A stretch of DNA of 64,000 nucleotides from Asterias rubens (Eukaryota): assembly GCF_902459465.1 (NCBI RefSeq), contig NC_047062.1, forward strand, positions 16,244,001 to 16,308,000. Reading direction: 5' to 3'. The position numbers and the translations under genes are program-made. Numbering within the stretch: position 1 is the first letter of the stretch; each line of letters starts with the position of its first letter. The notes beneath the pieces are model-generated. The model made no database searches, was not told where the DNA came from, and was given only the letters and a program-made list of their open reading frames with translations. Below are positions 36,447-49,800 of the stretch, one piece after another.

Positions 36447-37237
36447 TTTGTCTGAAAGAAGTAGGTCTCTCTACAGGTTTGTTTTGCTCTTACAAAGTAA
36501 TCCACTTCAGCCGGCACGATCGGTGTTACGGGGGCATAGGGCAGACCCCATAGGAAGTGTTGAATATGATAGTTCATTCAACACTGTGTGAGCTTCACTA
36601 TGGTTACGACGAGCTATGGACTGTGTCGCACAGGGGGTTGTACCAATAAAAGTGCTTCTTATGCAAATAGATTATATTGATCATTGATACAATGGGCCAG
36701 CAATAGGATCCCCTGCGGCATGTTGAAGAGATAACTTCACTGAAGGACTTGTCATTGCGGCGGGTTAGAAGTGGAAAAATTACCCCATTCAAGTAGGATT
36801 GGGTTTGCTTTGTTTCTTGTATGTTATTGATGAGAGCCCAGACTCAGGTCACCACCAATGATCTCGATGTCTGGTTGGTAAAAAAAAAAAGGCTCCATCT
36901 TGACTTGTATAAAAACCTTGCCTTATGATAAAACTATGCACATCATGTAGGAAAAAATAATTGCTCCTTGATTAAACGACAGAAAAATTCACCAATCTCT
37001 AAATTATTCACGACACGTCTGAAGTAACTCGCCCCCTTTTTAGGCGAACTAATTGTTTTTACAAAGTCGACATTTCCATAAAACAATAAACTTCACTTTG
37101 TTGGGCGAGCTCTCGTCGGTATGTGAGTTTGTGTGTGCACTCATATATGGTATCACCATGGAGGTATGGTAACACCGAACAGAGAGAGCATAATTATTTC
37201 ATAACCTAGATATGGGCAACTTTTATAATTGTTTCCA

Positions 37238-37607
37238 TTAAAGGGAAGGTACACGTTTGGTAATTACAAATATTAACTTAGAAACTGACTTGGTAACGAG
37301 CAATGGAGAGCTGTTGATAGTGCAAAACATTGTGGGAAACGACTCCCTCTGAAGTAATGTAGTTTTTGAGAAAGAGGTAATTTCTTACTAAAATAATAAA
37401 AGACTTCTAGCTAGAAGTCTATTATTCCTATCTGAACGCACACAAATTCGTCCAAGAAGGGTGTTTTTTCTTTCTTCATTTTCTCGCAACTTAGATGACC
37501 GATTGAGCACAAATTTTCACAGGCTTGTTATTTTATGCATAATGATGGGATACACCAAGTGAGATGACTGGTCTTTGACAATTACCAAACGTGTACCTTC
37601 CCTTTAA
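37238..37607 (+). mobile_element. Complete TTAA-flanked Kolobok/T2-like MITE (further copies 46345-46724, 51024-51389, 51963-52319, degenerate at about 29590-29815; variant 62307-62816)
   Basis: Long TIR AGGGAAGGTACACGTTTGGTAATT (or AGGCAGTGGACACTATTGGTAATT) flanked by TTAA, with a conserved interior. Confidence 0.85.
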
Positions 37608-37639
37608 TCTTCATCATAAGCTCAGTCAAGATGATTTTT

Positions 37640-38065
37640 GCATATGCAATCATGTCCGCCCGGACGCTGCTGCATAATGCAATTGTGTCCGCCCGGACAC
37701 ATTTTCTATGTGCAGTTGTGTCCGCCCCGTGCAAAACCGTCCTTGCAGTAAATAAAACGCCCTTGGTCGACGGAACACGTTCGCCATTGTTTTTTTTACA
37801 AGCTAAGTGCATGTCATGTATGACATGGGAAATGTTCGGCCGTTGGGTATTCGCTGCAATCATAACATACGTGAACATTCATGCTGCATACGTAGGTTCA
37901 GTGCATGCACGCTCGCTTACGCGCGCACATACATGTACAGTCATGTACGTGGAATCGATGTACATGTCCACCGGACGGTTTTTGCATAGCCCCGGACACG
38001 ATTGCATATTCATAGTATCTGGAGCGGACACTATTGCATGGCGGACACAATTGCATCTGATACCG
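37640..38065. mobile_element. Foldback-type element with subterminal (GTGTCCGC) repeats in inverted arrays
   Basis: Repeated tgtccgcccgg on the left and gcggacac/ccggacac on the right; the left terminus was not resolved. Confidence 0.55.
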
Positions 38066-39027
38066 GGTATTTGGGCTGGCGGTAAATATTTTCTCCTCAT
38101 TTGGGCACATGCAATGCAATTCTCAGTTCGGGTTCGCTTGTATTTGTGAGTTGTTGTCTTGGTTTTCGGGGTAGGCCTGGGAGGGGGCTACATACTGTCG
38201 TATTCTTATATGGAAATCTATGGCATCTCGCTGAGTTTGAAGTGATGCAGTTTAACCATAGAGCAGCCCACTCCAACTTTCCCCACCATACTGACCCCAA
38301 CAGGAGGGAGACCAGATGCGCTCTTAAGTAGTCACTATTGTAAAATTATTTGCTAACCTGCAAGATGTAGGACCTTATCTATGGTTAGGACCAACTGTGA
38401 AGAGGAGGACATTGGATGGGCAACCAGGAGGAGTCCCATATGGCCCTCGTCTGCCAAGCCTAATGGGATAGGTCCATCGTGTGGCCTTATCTATCTTTCA
38501 TTTCACTTTGAAGAATATGCCGAGCGATTTATCATCTGATGCGGGGTCAGAGGCGTCTATAATGGGAGTAGCTAAATTAATGGCCACACCCAAGTTTGAC
38601 GTAATCCACTGTAAGCCACGCCAATTTCACAGAGCACGGGCAAATAAATAGATTATGCTCAACAATTAGCTGCGGATCATTATTTCATTATTTCTAAAAT
38701 AGTGAGACCTTTTTATTTCATTTTAGAACATTGTTCATTTTTATTGTTGTTTTGGAATTGTTGTTTTTCTTTCTTTTTCGAACCTTGATTTTCCAAATGT
38801 TTCATGATTTATAAATATTGCACCGATCGACAATACTGGTAAATGGGGCATTTTTGCGCAGTATGCGTTCAATGAAACGCCACGAGTTGGGCGATACCTA
38901 GACGACACATACTTCTCTCTTGTGACATTATGCTTGGGGAACCATTCTGTGGTCCTTGTCAACATGTTTTAACATGATTTTTGAAGTCATTTGAATTGAA
39001 GTGACTGATACAGCACTTCCCAACGAA

Positions 39028-42000
39028 ATGAGGGCTCTTTGGCGACCTCGGACTTTCGTTTTTGCGTATTTTTTCTGCTCAACTGCTGGGATACTTTGGT
39101 TGGTTCTTAATTATAGTAAGTATACCTTTGACTGACATGTCTACCGAAGACAATCACACAGTGACAGTTCATTTATTTTGTATTAGGATTCGCCGCATGA
39201 TATGTTGCTGATGATTCTAGAAATTGAACGATCAGACTCAGCTGATTTATACACTAAACACTATTGAGAGTGGTTGAGTGATCTATCTTAATGATCCGCT
39301 GCTGATGTATATTGATTTGTGCATGCATGTTTATCTACTCCAATTACTTTGATTGATTGAATTATCGATAGTTATTTATTCTGTCGCTGTGTGTTTTTTA
39401 AGTTGTTTGTTGTTTTGGTTTTTTTGGTGGTGGGGGTGGGGGGGGGGGTGGTCCTGGGTTACTGATAGTGATAACATACTGATACTCCTAGTCCCTACAG
39501 TACTTAGAGCTATGATGAGGCTCGTTCATCTATCGTCATTACTTCGTGGAGACGAATTGGATCCACCACTTTTTCACTAATTTTTACAAAAAGGGATATC
39601 TCATTTAGGTAAATTAGATACTGTGTTATGTTGTTTCATATCGAATGAAAAAGTGGTGGCCTCATACAGAAACTTTTCTGAGAAGATGGCAGAACAAATC
39701 TCATTTTAGTTAGGAGTAGTCCTGGAGTGAGTGTTACTTTCAGACTGAGGAGAGTGAGACTCTGGAGTTTGTGGTTTTTTTTTTTTTACAATTTGGTAAG
39801 ATTTTAAGAATTAATTGTTCCACTGTCATGAGCAGGTACTTCCTTCCTTCATGTTCTGCCCAATGCATGCTAACTCAGTCAGAAGTCATGTTGTTCCCAA
39901 GGGCCAAGCCAACTTATGTCTTGGTTCCCAAGACCCAAGTCAACTTGGTCAGAGCCTCTATGGTCCTAGTTGCGATAATCCTCCCGATGGTCCGCCAGTC
40001 TACGGTGGTCAGGAGGATGGAGGATTAAGTTTATTGCAACTATGATCCGAGTCATCTCTGTCTCAAGCCAACTAGGACGATGGACTGACTGTACTGGAAA
40101 ATGGTCAAATGGGTATTTTTGCTACTCCTAGAAGAACTATGAGGTTCGTTCCGCTGTCATCTACACGAGGAGACATGACTATAGCAGAACTAACCTCTTT
40201 AGTTCTAGGGGTAGGTTTTTGACTGTGTCCACCACACTCATGCAGAGGATGACAACAAGTTGTTATTGACGTGTCATATCTTGTGTTTAACTAGCCCTCT
40301 TCCCTTTTACCTACTTGTTGTACCCCTTTTCATTTATTGAACACTTGTTTCATTCTGCCTCCTTTTTTGCTCCTTTCTTACTACTTGACTACTTCTGAGT
40401 GTACGGTTACTAGGTAATACAAAATAAGAGTACCAAGTAATAATTTGTCTGTGAAAGACTCTGCTTAGGTTCCTGAGGCCATTAAAGATGTATGTATTTA
40501 AAGAAACTAATAGGTAAGCTATTATAGAGTAGGTCTATGATTAAGAAAGAACACAAAAATATTTGAAACTTTACAGTAAAACATTACTTGCCATTTCTTA
40601 ACATAGTATTGTAAGGGTATGTTGTTTTCACTACTGACATTCAAAAATCATATTGTTTGTTTCTTTTTATCCGCAATGTTTTAACTAGATTCGTTATGTT
40701 CTCAAATGGGGAGCAGTGGTGGAAACCACAAGCATCCATACCTCATGCATGCCATTAATCAGGACTACAAAGAAAAACAGACATTCCTTCATGATACCGA
40801 GCAACAACTCAAAGAAGACAGGAAAAATCTACAAGGTCTTGCCGTCCGTCTCCGTCAACAGTATCCCGATGCCGTGGGAGAAATCACAGACAGTATCAAC
40901 CCCAGAAATAAGAGCCTACCTACGATCTATGCCGTTACACCCACCCATACAAGACCTGTACAGAAAGCGGAGTTGACCAGGATAGCACAGTCGTTCCTCC
41001 ATGTGAGAAATTTCCACTGGATCGTTGTGGAAGATGCAAACAGAAAATCCAGTCTCGTTATCAACTTTTTGAAAAACAGCGGCATGAAGTACACACATTT
41101 GAATTTCAAGACGCCGGAACAGTACAAGTTGGGTAAGAATGACCCCAACTGGCTGAAGCCTAGAGGTGTCGAACAAAGGAATACTGCCATCGAGTGGTTA
41201 TTAAAGAATGTGGACGCTACTAAGAATCCTGGGGTTGTTTATTTTGCTGACGACGATAACACCTATGGTCTTCAAATATTTGATGAGGTATGTTTGACAT
41301 TTTTAACCCAAAACTATTGCACCATATTAATTGATTATGTTTGCCTTACCCTAGCTTAGGAATAACAGTGGTGTAAGTCCATCGTTGTCATAAGAGTTGC
41401 ATCTTCTTCAACCCCCCCCCCCCCCCCCATATTAACAGGCCTGGTGGCATAACTGGTTGTAATGTCTTAAAATCTTAAAGAAATGCCTTACTGAGACAGT
41501 CATTGATCTGCCAAATACTTTAAAATTTGCAACATTTCAATGTTTGATGTGCATTGAAGTATAGGATGCACTCAGTTTGACTCATTAGAAATATAAAAAC
41601 ATAAAGTGTTTGAAACAAAAACAACTTTACTACAAAAACAGCCAGGACAAGATACAAGCCTCCAATATAATTATTTTATATACTTATTTTATTGTTCTGA
41701 TTTGTTAATTTCAGATGAGAGACACTCAAAAAGTCTCCATGTGGCCAGTGGGTCTTGTAGGAGGACAGATGTATGAAAGCCCGAGAGTAGATAAGAAAAC
41801 AGGGCAAATAATTGGCTTTAATGTGGGCTGGGAACCTGCACGACCCTATCCTATGGACATGGCAGGATTCGCCATAAATCTCAAGTTATTGCAGGAGAAA
41901 CCATTTGCAAAGTTTGACTTGAAAGCAAAACGAGGATACTTGGAGTCTTCTCTGCTGGTGAATTTGATCAAAATTGAGGATTTGGAACCAAAAGCTGATA

Positions 42001-42596
42001 TGTGTACAAAAGTAAGTTGCCTCTGTTTTTCATATTCATCATTCAAAAATCTGTTGAGGTTTTTTTTAATTCTACCATAAAGTCAGCAAAGCATTGTGTT
42101 AGCAATTTTCAAATGTCTTTCTTTTTTCCTTTGTAAAAAATTTCACTTATTACTTGCTAACTTATCATTGAAGATCTGTTCACTCCTAGTTCAATACCAT
42201 CAATTTAGTAAACTTACTAAATTTAAATGATGATATTGAACTAGTCCTAAACAGATCTTCAATGATAAGTTACGCATTAATGTTTCTTCCTAAGTGTTTC
42301 AACACTTTTCAGACCAACATTGTTCTGTATAAATTCAATTTTAAAGAAAGCCACTTACCAGAGCACTGGTCTTTAAATTAACTGTTTTCAGTTCACAGCT
42401 ATATTTTAAATTTTAAAATTAAGAGCTTTTTCCCATTCCGCCTCCACATATCTCTCTTATTTGCATTTCCATCAAGGTTTAAATAACCGTTATAAATATA
42501 TTTTGTATTTTGCAGATTTATGTTTGGCACACCAGGACAGAGAAACCTAAACTGAAGTACGATGTAAAGGAGACAGATATACGTATAGAAGTATAA
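39028..42596 (+). CDS. B3GAT3: Beta-1,3-glucuronosyltransferase (GT43, GlcAT-I type), 4 exons, about 354 aa
   Basis: Exons 39028-39115 (TM anchor MRALWRPRTFVFAYFFCSTAGILWLVLNY), 40689-41287, 41715-42011, 42516-42596. Motifs LPTIYAVTPTH, WIVVED, RGVEQRN, YFADDDN, WPVGLVGG, DMAGFA and VWHTRTE. Orthology to B3GAT3 rather than B3GAT1/2 is inferred. Confidence 0.92.
39967..40042. mobile_element. 76-bp TAGTTGCGAT-family element in B3GAT intron 1 (degenerate copy also at about 53634-53692)
   Basis: Termini tagttgcgat / attgcaacta; degenerate TSD (ctatggtcc versus cta-tgatcc). Confidence 0.6.
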
Positions 42597-45500
42597 ACAT
42601 TCCACTTTGAAGAATGGAAACAATGGACTTGTTTATCATAATGTACCAAGTTGTAATGATTTGCTATCAAGGTTGACATGTACGAATTTACTTTTTGGAT
42701 TACATCATGCATTGATCTCATTGAGTTTTCATGACTCACTCTGCAGTCATGATATTTGATAATGCAGTCGAGTATATACTCCCGAGTGATGCAGTCAAAG
42801 ACCTTTTCATTGGGCACTGTTTAGTACTATGGTGACTGACCAAGTATACTGAAGTTAAAGTTCTTGGGCCATTGAGTACAAGTGACTGAGTACCGAGCAT
42901 CTCTTGTACCTGAGCACCGAGTCCAACAGGCAGGGGTACTTGTTTAGAGAAATACTGCAAAATAATGTATTAACATGTTTCTTATTTTTATAACCATTTT
43001 GTGACTATGTATACTTGTTCAACAAACTTGCCAATAAATACATTAAAGATTAATTTATTTTTGAAGTTTTTCAGTGCCTTTTTTCTCTACTACAATAAAA
43101 ACCCATAACTGGAATACAGCACATACTGATTTTCTGTGTCACTTAAGTTCTAGGGAAGTATGAACCCGCCTCAAAAAAAGAACGCTTAAATTTCACAACA
43201 CTATTACAGTAATATAAGGGTCAGTTAGACAAATTTGAATTGTTGTAAACTAACTGTTTTATTGCTCTGTTCTCATCAAATTAACAAACACTGAAGTGTC
43301 TGTGCCAAAAAAAAGTGGTTTATTTTTGTTTACAAACTTTTTGCGTTAGTGTTTTCAAATTTTATTTATCACACCCAAAATCTCTACCAACATTGGCTTC
43401 TTGTTTTCTGTTAAAAGTAGCAAACCCTAGCATCTGTAGCTAACTATTGTTATTTAGCATTTGAGAAAGACTCTGCTAGGATCGAAAGGTCGCGCCATTA
43501 ACTATTTTTTGCATTTATATTTCCTTTTGGTTGGTAAGCAGTTTGCAACAGCTAATTGTATTTACTCAATATAAAATATGGCATGGGCGCCATTTCGATT
43601 ATAAGCAAGTTTTTTGTTACAGTATTGATGGTTGTTGTCTGCACTTATCTATTGTTGCATCCAAAGAGTTGCATACTAAAATGGCATCCAGTGCATACCT
43701 CACTTTTCAGCCCGAGTTGCCCATCTGCAAATGCTAGCAATCTTGAGATTTCTAGAGGTGCTAATGTCTTTAACTTGCTCAGGCATGTTTAACTGGTGCT
43801 AACCACGAGCCTCTCAGGTCCACATATGCAACGTTTTAAACTATACTAGTCTCAGAAGTTGTAAAAGTTTGCAATACAGAGGAAAATCATTTTATACATA
43901 CATGTGAACAGCTTGTTAATCTACATTATTTTATTTATTTTTTGGAGTACATTGTCAACGGACACTAAAACTATTGCAAAAGTAGACTTACTAATGTTTG
44001 GCAAGCAGTACAAAAAATGATCCGGACAAATGTATCAGAGTTTCCAATATGGATTATATTTTATATTTCAACAACTTTTTCTGTGAGTAACATTTCAATA
44101 AAAACGTATATTTTCAACAAATCATTTATATACCTGCCTTCCAGAATAGTACTTGCCTATCATCTTAAAACTTTTTTTTTTATTTTATTTTTTTCAGGAT
44201 GATTTTAAGAAAGAACAGGGATGACAATTCTGCTTAGAATATTTCAGAAAATTTACAATGATTGAAACAATGTGACATAAAAGAGCATGAATCAACTGCT
44301 TTCAAGGCGTTGTTTTCCTTGGTTGAAGGCAAGGTGCAAAATTGGAAAATGCCCTTTACCTTTTGCTACAGACCCTCCTAAACTCTCTTCACCTGTAACT
44401 TGTCACCAAAATATTGTAACTTTGATAAGGGTGGTATTTCTGCCAAGTGATAAGCAAAATACCGTATGCACGTGACTATAGATTTGAGTAGGGCGCCCTC
44501 GCTTGCAGGTAAAACAAGGAGGTTGTGCAATAGCAGGCATAATTATGTTTGGTCAGAGGGAAAATGTTGGAACATTTCTTTTCAAGTACAAGGGCTGACC
44601 TACAAGTACACATGTAGGCTGCTATTGTGTTGTCAAGCCTTATTACTGAAAATGTGTCTGATTTTTCAAAAGGGCAAAACAAAACAAACTATTAAAAGTA
44701 GGAAGAATATCAGGCCTTTATTTGGCCAATCCTCTACCTGTATGGAATACTAACAAATCTGTGCATTTCCATTGTTTCATCGTGATTTTAACTCTCCAAT
44801 GGTGGTGTGATGATATCAATGCAATAAGTCTGATTGTTATTTAGGCCTACAGTCACAAATCCCACTAATAAAAAAAAAACTTCTTGGAATAGGAATTGTG
44901 AACGAAAGTTTTTAATGTCTACCGAGTCCGACATTCAAGAGCCACAGTACTTTATTTTGTACAATAAAACATAACATTCTGTAACCAAAATGCACCTTTG
45001 TCTTTCTATGATTTTACCCAAAAAATCAAATTTTTGTGGTAGTGCTCCACAAACCGGAGGATTTAAATGACTGCACATTCCCCTAACACTCCACATTTAC
45101 TGGAGGCACTTTTTGTAAAACTCTGTTGAGCCATTATCAGTTGATCTCGATTCAACCGAAAATATTTAAACTAAATACTGCTTCGCATAAACAATTTCCA
45201 TACCCTTGATCCATAGTAATTAGAAATCGGCAATGTTTAAGACATACTTGGCGTCTATGTTTGGCATCATTAAGTGGCAAAAGAAAATTACTAAAAGAAT
45301 TGACATGAAGTAAGGCACTTTTTAAGATTTTGAAACCTGGGCCAAACTTTCATCATAGGGCCTTTCGACGCTTTAAATGTTTGGACCTAATTATTTCAAC
45401 TTTCTAGCCTCGTCCAGGGAGATAAAAAAGACCAGTAGATCCATCTCATAAAACACAATTTATTAGTAGTCAAGAAATGTGCATGTACATTAAATGTACA

Positions 45501-46878
45501 GCAAGTTGAACATGATAGCTCTTTTGGAATTAAGTTTGCTAAGCAAGAATTTTAGAAAAGAGTGGAGTACAAAGTCCCATCAGTTTAAAGGTATATTAGC
45601 TGGTAGTCTTAAATCTGCTAAGCAAAATGTTTCTGTGCTCGGCATGTTTTTCTTACAGAATTTGGCCCAGATTAAAACACTGTAGCAGAGTACACTTTTT
45701 ATAAAAGCTTTTATAAAAGTGTAATAACTATGCAGAAAACATAATCCAGAAATCCATTTTTGTTTTTATGTGAACTTTTGTGCTTCAGTGCAGTAGAACA
45801 AAATTAGTTACTAAATATATGTTTTCATTAGCAGGTATGAAAATTTGTAAGGATGTGTGCTTGTTCATTAAGGATTTATGTTGGTTATGAATCACGGCTT
45901 GCAAAACCTTGTCCTTTCAGACAAGATAAACACTAGCATTAATAATAATGTGCTAATGATAAACGACACAGTCAATTTTAATCTGTAACTGGACTCGTAA
46001 TAATATTTGACGGTGCGGTCTTGATGCTTGTGCCCTTAAGCAAGTCACTTAACTGTTATACTTTTGTTCTTTGGATGGATTGTAAAGCTGTTGGTGTGTA
46101 ATGCTCGTACAAGAACACGGTAAACTTATCAACCCTGCGTTTTTTTCTTGTAAAAGTTGTTTGCAGATTGCGCCTTAGCACCTCGTAAGTGTTAGCATGG
46201 TGCTATGACATAAATAAGTCTTATATTTCAAACATAGTTCTGCATATCTTTTAGAAAAATAATGATCACTTTGAGACACCCTCGGGTGTGATAAATCACT
46301 ATAACAAAAACTGCGCATTGCTACTATTATTACAAAGTGCATCTTTAAAGGCAGTGGACACTATTGGTAATTACTCAAAATAATTATTATAAAACCTTTC
46401 TTGGTTACGAGTAATGGGGAGAGGTTGATAGTATTGTGATAAACGGCTCCCTCTGAAGTGTGACGTAGTTTTTCGGGAAAGAATTAATTTTCCACGAATT
46501 TGATTTCGAGACCTCAAGTTTAGAATTTGAGGTCACGAAATCAAGCATCTGAAAGCACACAACTTCATGTGACAAGGGTGTTTTTTTCTTTCATAGTTAT
46601 CTCTCAACTCCGACGACAAATCAAGCTCAAATTTTCAGAGCTTTGTTATTTTATGCATATGTTGAGATACACCAAATGGAAAGACTGGTCTTTGACAATT
46701 ACCAACAGTGTCCACTGTCTTTAACTGATGTTGTTTAACTGAAAGCAAACAGCTTATTTATTGGCCAACTCTGAAAACTGAAAAGATTAGGTTTTTTAAA
46801 CTACATGTAGTTGCTGTTCACTAAGCCAAACAGTTTGCATTATATTGCAGATGTAAATAGTATACAAACAGTCATGAC

Positions 46879-49800
46879 TCATGATCCATTCCCGTGCTGT
46901 GGTTGTAGTTCTGTTCCAGAGACAGAACTTAGTTTCTGCGTTCCGCCCAATGACATCTGGATAGCTATCTCTAGCATCGCCTCCTCAGTCATTTGATCAT
47001 CATTTGCAAAGAGTTTTGTTTCGAGAGAATGTCCGATTGCACCTGGTTCTTGAGGATTTGTTTCCTCTGGAGTGGGTTCTGATAGCACTGGCTGGCCGGC
47101 TTGGACTTGGCTGTGTGGGTGTGTGGCAGCGGGGGGATTGTTCCCTTCACTTGGAAGAGAGTCAACTTGGCCTTGTGATGGTTGAGTCTCTTGATTCTGC
47201 TGTCTGTGGTTAAAGAAAACAGTCTTGATTTATTAGATCTTCTAGCATTTCTAAAGGCCTTGTCACACGGGGCGATTTTTACAGGCAACTTGAAGGCAAT
47301 GAACTGCACCGCATGCAAAAGGAACACTTTGGCAGCACAAGATAAATTTGTCTACTAGTATCTTACTATCCCCAAGAAAATTATGTGGTAATTCACGCGT
47401 TCATGTTTTGTCTTCGCATGGAGATTTCCTGGAAGTGGCTGCCTGTACATTAACTCGTGTTTAAACATGGCTCTATGAAACACAATTGTGGAAATTTGTC
47501 TGAAACGAAACTTAAAAAAAAGGTGCTGTGTGAATACCTATTTACATTTCATCTCATACAACAAAAAAGTACTACAAAACAATAAAATACAAAAAAACTG
47601 TATCGAGTGTTTCACAAAATCCAGTTTTTCCACATGAGATTGACAAACAAAAGCAAACAATATGCTCATCAATTAATAAATTACCTGTCAAAGAATGCTT
47701 GTCTTTTTCTCCGAAGGTCTTCAGGATCTACTTTGTCATCTACGCTAGGGTCTCCCATTCCTTCATGGAAAAAGAATCCACAAACAACAACCATGAGTCA
47801 AAGCAGTTACAATAACAAGTCTAGTCAGGTCTGATGGGGTTAGATTCGCTGCTTACAAAAAAAGTCTGAAACTTGGATCCAGATCTTAGGAGGTACATTG
47901 AAATGATGGCATATCTACCTTTTGAGATGCCCTGCAGTTTAGTTCCAAGGAGCTTAATGATAAAATGACAGCATTTTTTATTTATCATGCAGACTTTACA
48001 AAGTCTAAATTCATACAAAGGTCTGAAATTTCTCATCACTGTCTGATGGTTTATGGTTTCACAATATTTTTCTTTGGTTCTTGATTTTGCTTGTTCTTGC
48101 AATGGCAGGGCACACATATGAGTATTTATACCAGGCATTTGCAGCGAGTACAGTAAAACTACAAATTACATTACGGTTTCTGTCTTGAAGCATGGCTCAA
48201 TTTTATTAACCCCTGGAATTGGTTCATTAAAATCCGTCAGAATTTTACTAAAGCCTTTGGCCAATCCAGTGTACGTGCCCACTCAAGTATGGTAGCCTCA
48301 GGCTACTAGCCTGCAAAAGAGCAACTGGTCCCCTCTCATTATGATTCATCTATGGATCTTGTGATATGTCTAACTCTATGCTGTTTAAGGTGACTGTGTA
48401 TAAGCATGAATCATTATAAAGGAATCTCGTGACATATTTGCAACATTACACGTGGGTACTCTGCATCCTACAAGCACCATGCAAGTGCTCAAAAGTTTTT
48501 AACAACCATACGGGCAAAGCAATCACTTTTGGGAGCCAATCAGCATTGTTTTTTAGCACATCCCTACCAGGGGTTAGTGACGAGAGGTATCGATACGGCG
48601 CTGCCCACTGTAGCGAGGCGGAGTCAGTTAATACCTTGCATGCTTAGTTTCATAGCATCAGCTAAACCTCGACTGTTGTCACTCTTAAGGGTACCGCACA
48701 GTCTCTCCCCTCTTGCTGTATCCCTGGCTTCCGAACTCTGGCTTGCCTGCAGTGCATTATGGAGATCCTCCAGACTGACCAACCTCTTCCCCGAGGAAGA
48801 TTCCCCCGTTGACGTTGAGGTTGACGCTGTTGTTTGTTGCTGGGCGAGGTCGGACAGTAAGCGGGGTTTTATCGTCTGAATGACTGGGATGAGATTGAGG
48901 AGCTGGTCTGCTTCATTATCTGGTAGCGAGCCTCTGACTACAAACAATGAGTACCCTGTCACAAAAAATTACACAAATTTTCAAAAAGCTCCATTTCAAC
49001 CAACTACACTTGTAAGCACAAAATTATGCTACTTCGTTTCTTTCATAGTTGTTAAGTTGTTTAATCCTAATTATTGTGTCTGTTGAATGTGAGTAATGTT
49101 GTTGACTGGATGAATAGGACACAAGAAGAAATAGACAGCTTTAGATGTGGGAGGGAACCTCAAAGAACGGGGAAAACCCACGCAATAATCAAGGTTTATT
49201 GTAAGGACTGAAAACCCAATCCAAATACAATGCTCCCTCCATTCAGAGGCGGGATTCTAACCAGGGTCCACAGAGGTGCAAGGCAGGGAAAGAAACCACT
49301 GAGCCTACCTTCACCCCTTAATAATGTCACAGAAAAAAAAATATTGATACTGATGGAGAAGAAACCTCCTTACCCATTAGCTACCAACCTCAGAATTCTC
49401 AAAAAAACCCTCCCTAGTTTGGCAGCCAAACCAACCCCATAGACATGACAACATGGAGGGTTTAGTGGTAAAGCATCTGCTATAAGGCTTCTGAATGGCA
49501 AATGTTGTGGGTTTGAATCCAAACTAAGTAATAAATGTATGTGGATTTTTTTTTACAGTAATTGAGTATACAGTGCTTAACACACATCGGTGTATGGGGA
49601 AAAATTATAATGACAACATGTATCAACCTAATCTGTTTGTGGAAACTTAGGAAAGTTCAGCGCCAACTTTCCTCAAGAAGTTGGGGGTCAAACCAACCTT
49701 CTTTTTGTAGTTGAATAAGAAACATAGCAAGGTATGTATCTGAAATGAGCTCTGGGCCTGTGAGTAATGAGTTGAGGTTAAACCACTGTCGGCCAATCTT

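Noticed and set aside
37582-38149. Cluster of 60-172 aa ORFs on both strands
   Set aside because: They arise from the GC-rich repeats of a foldback element; no transposase motifs.
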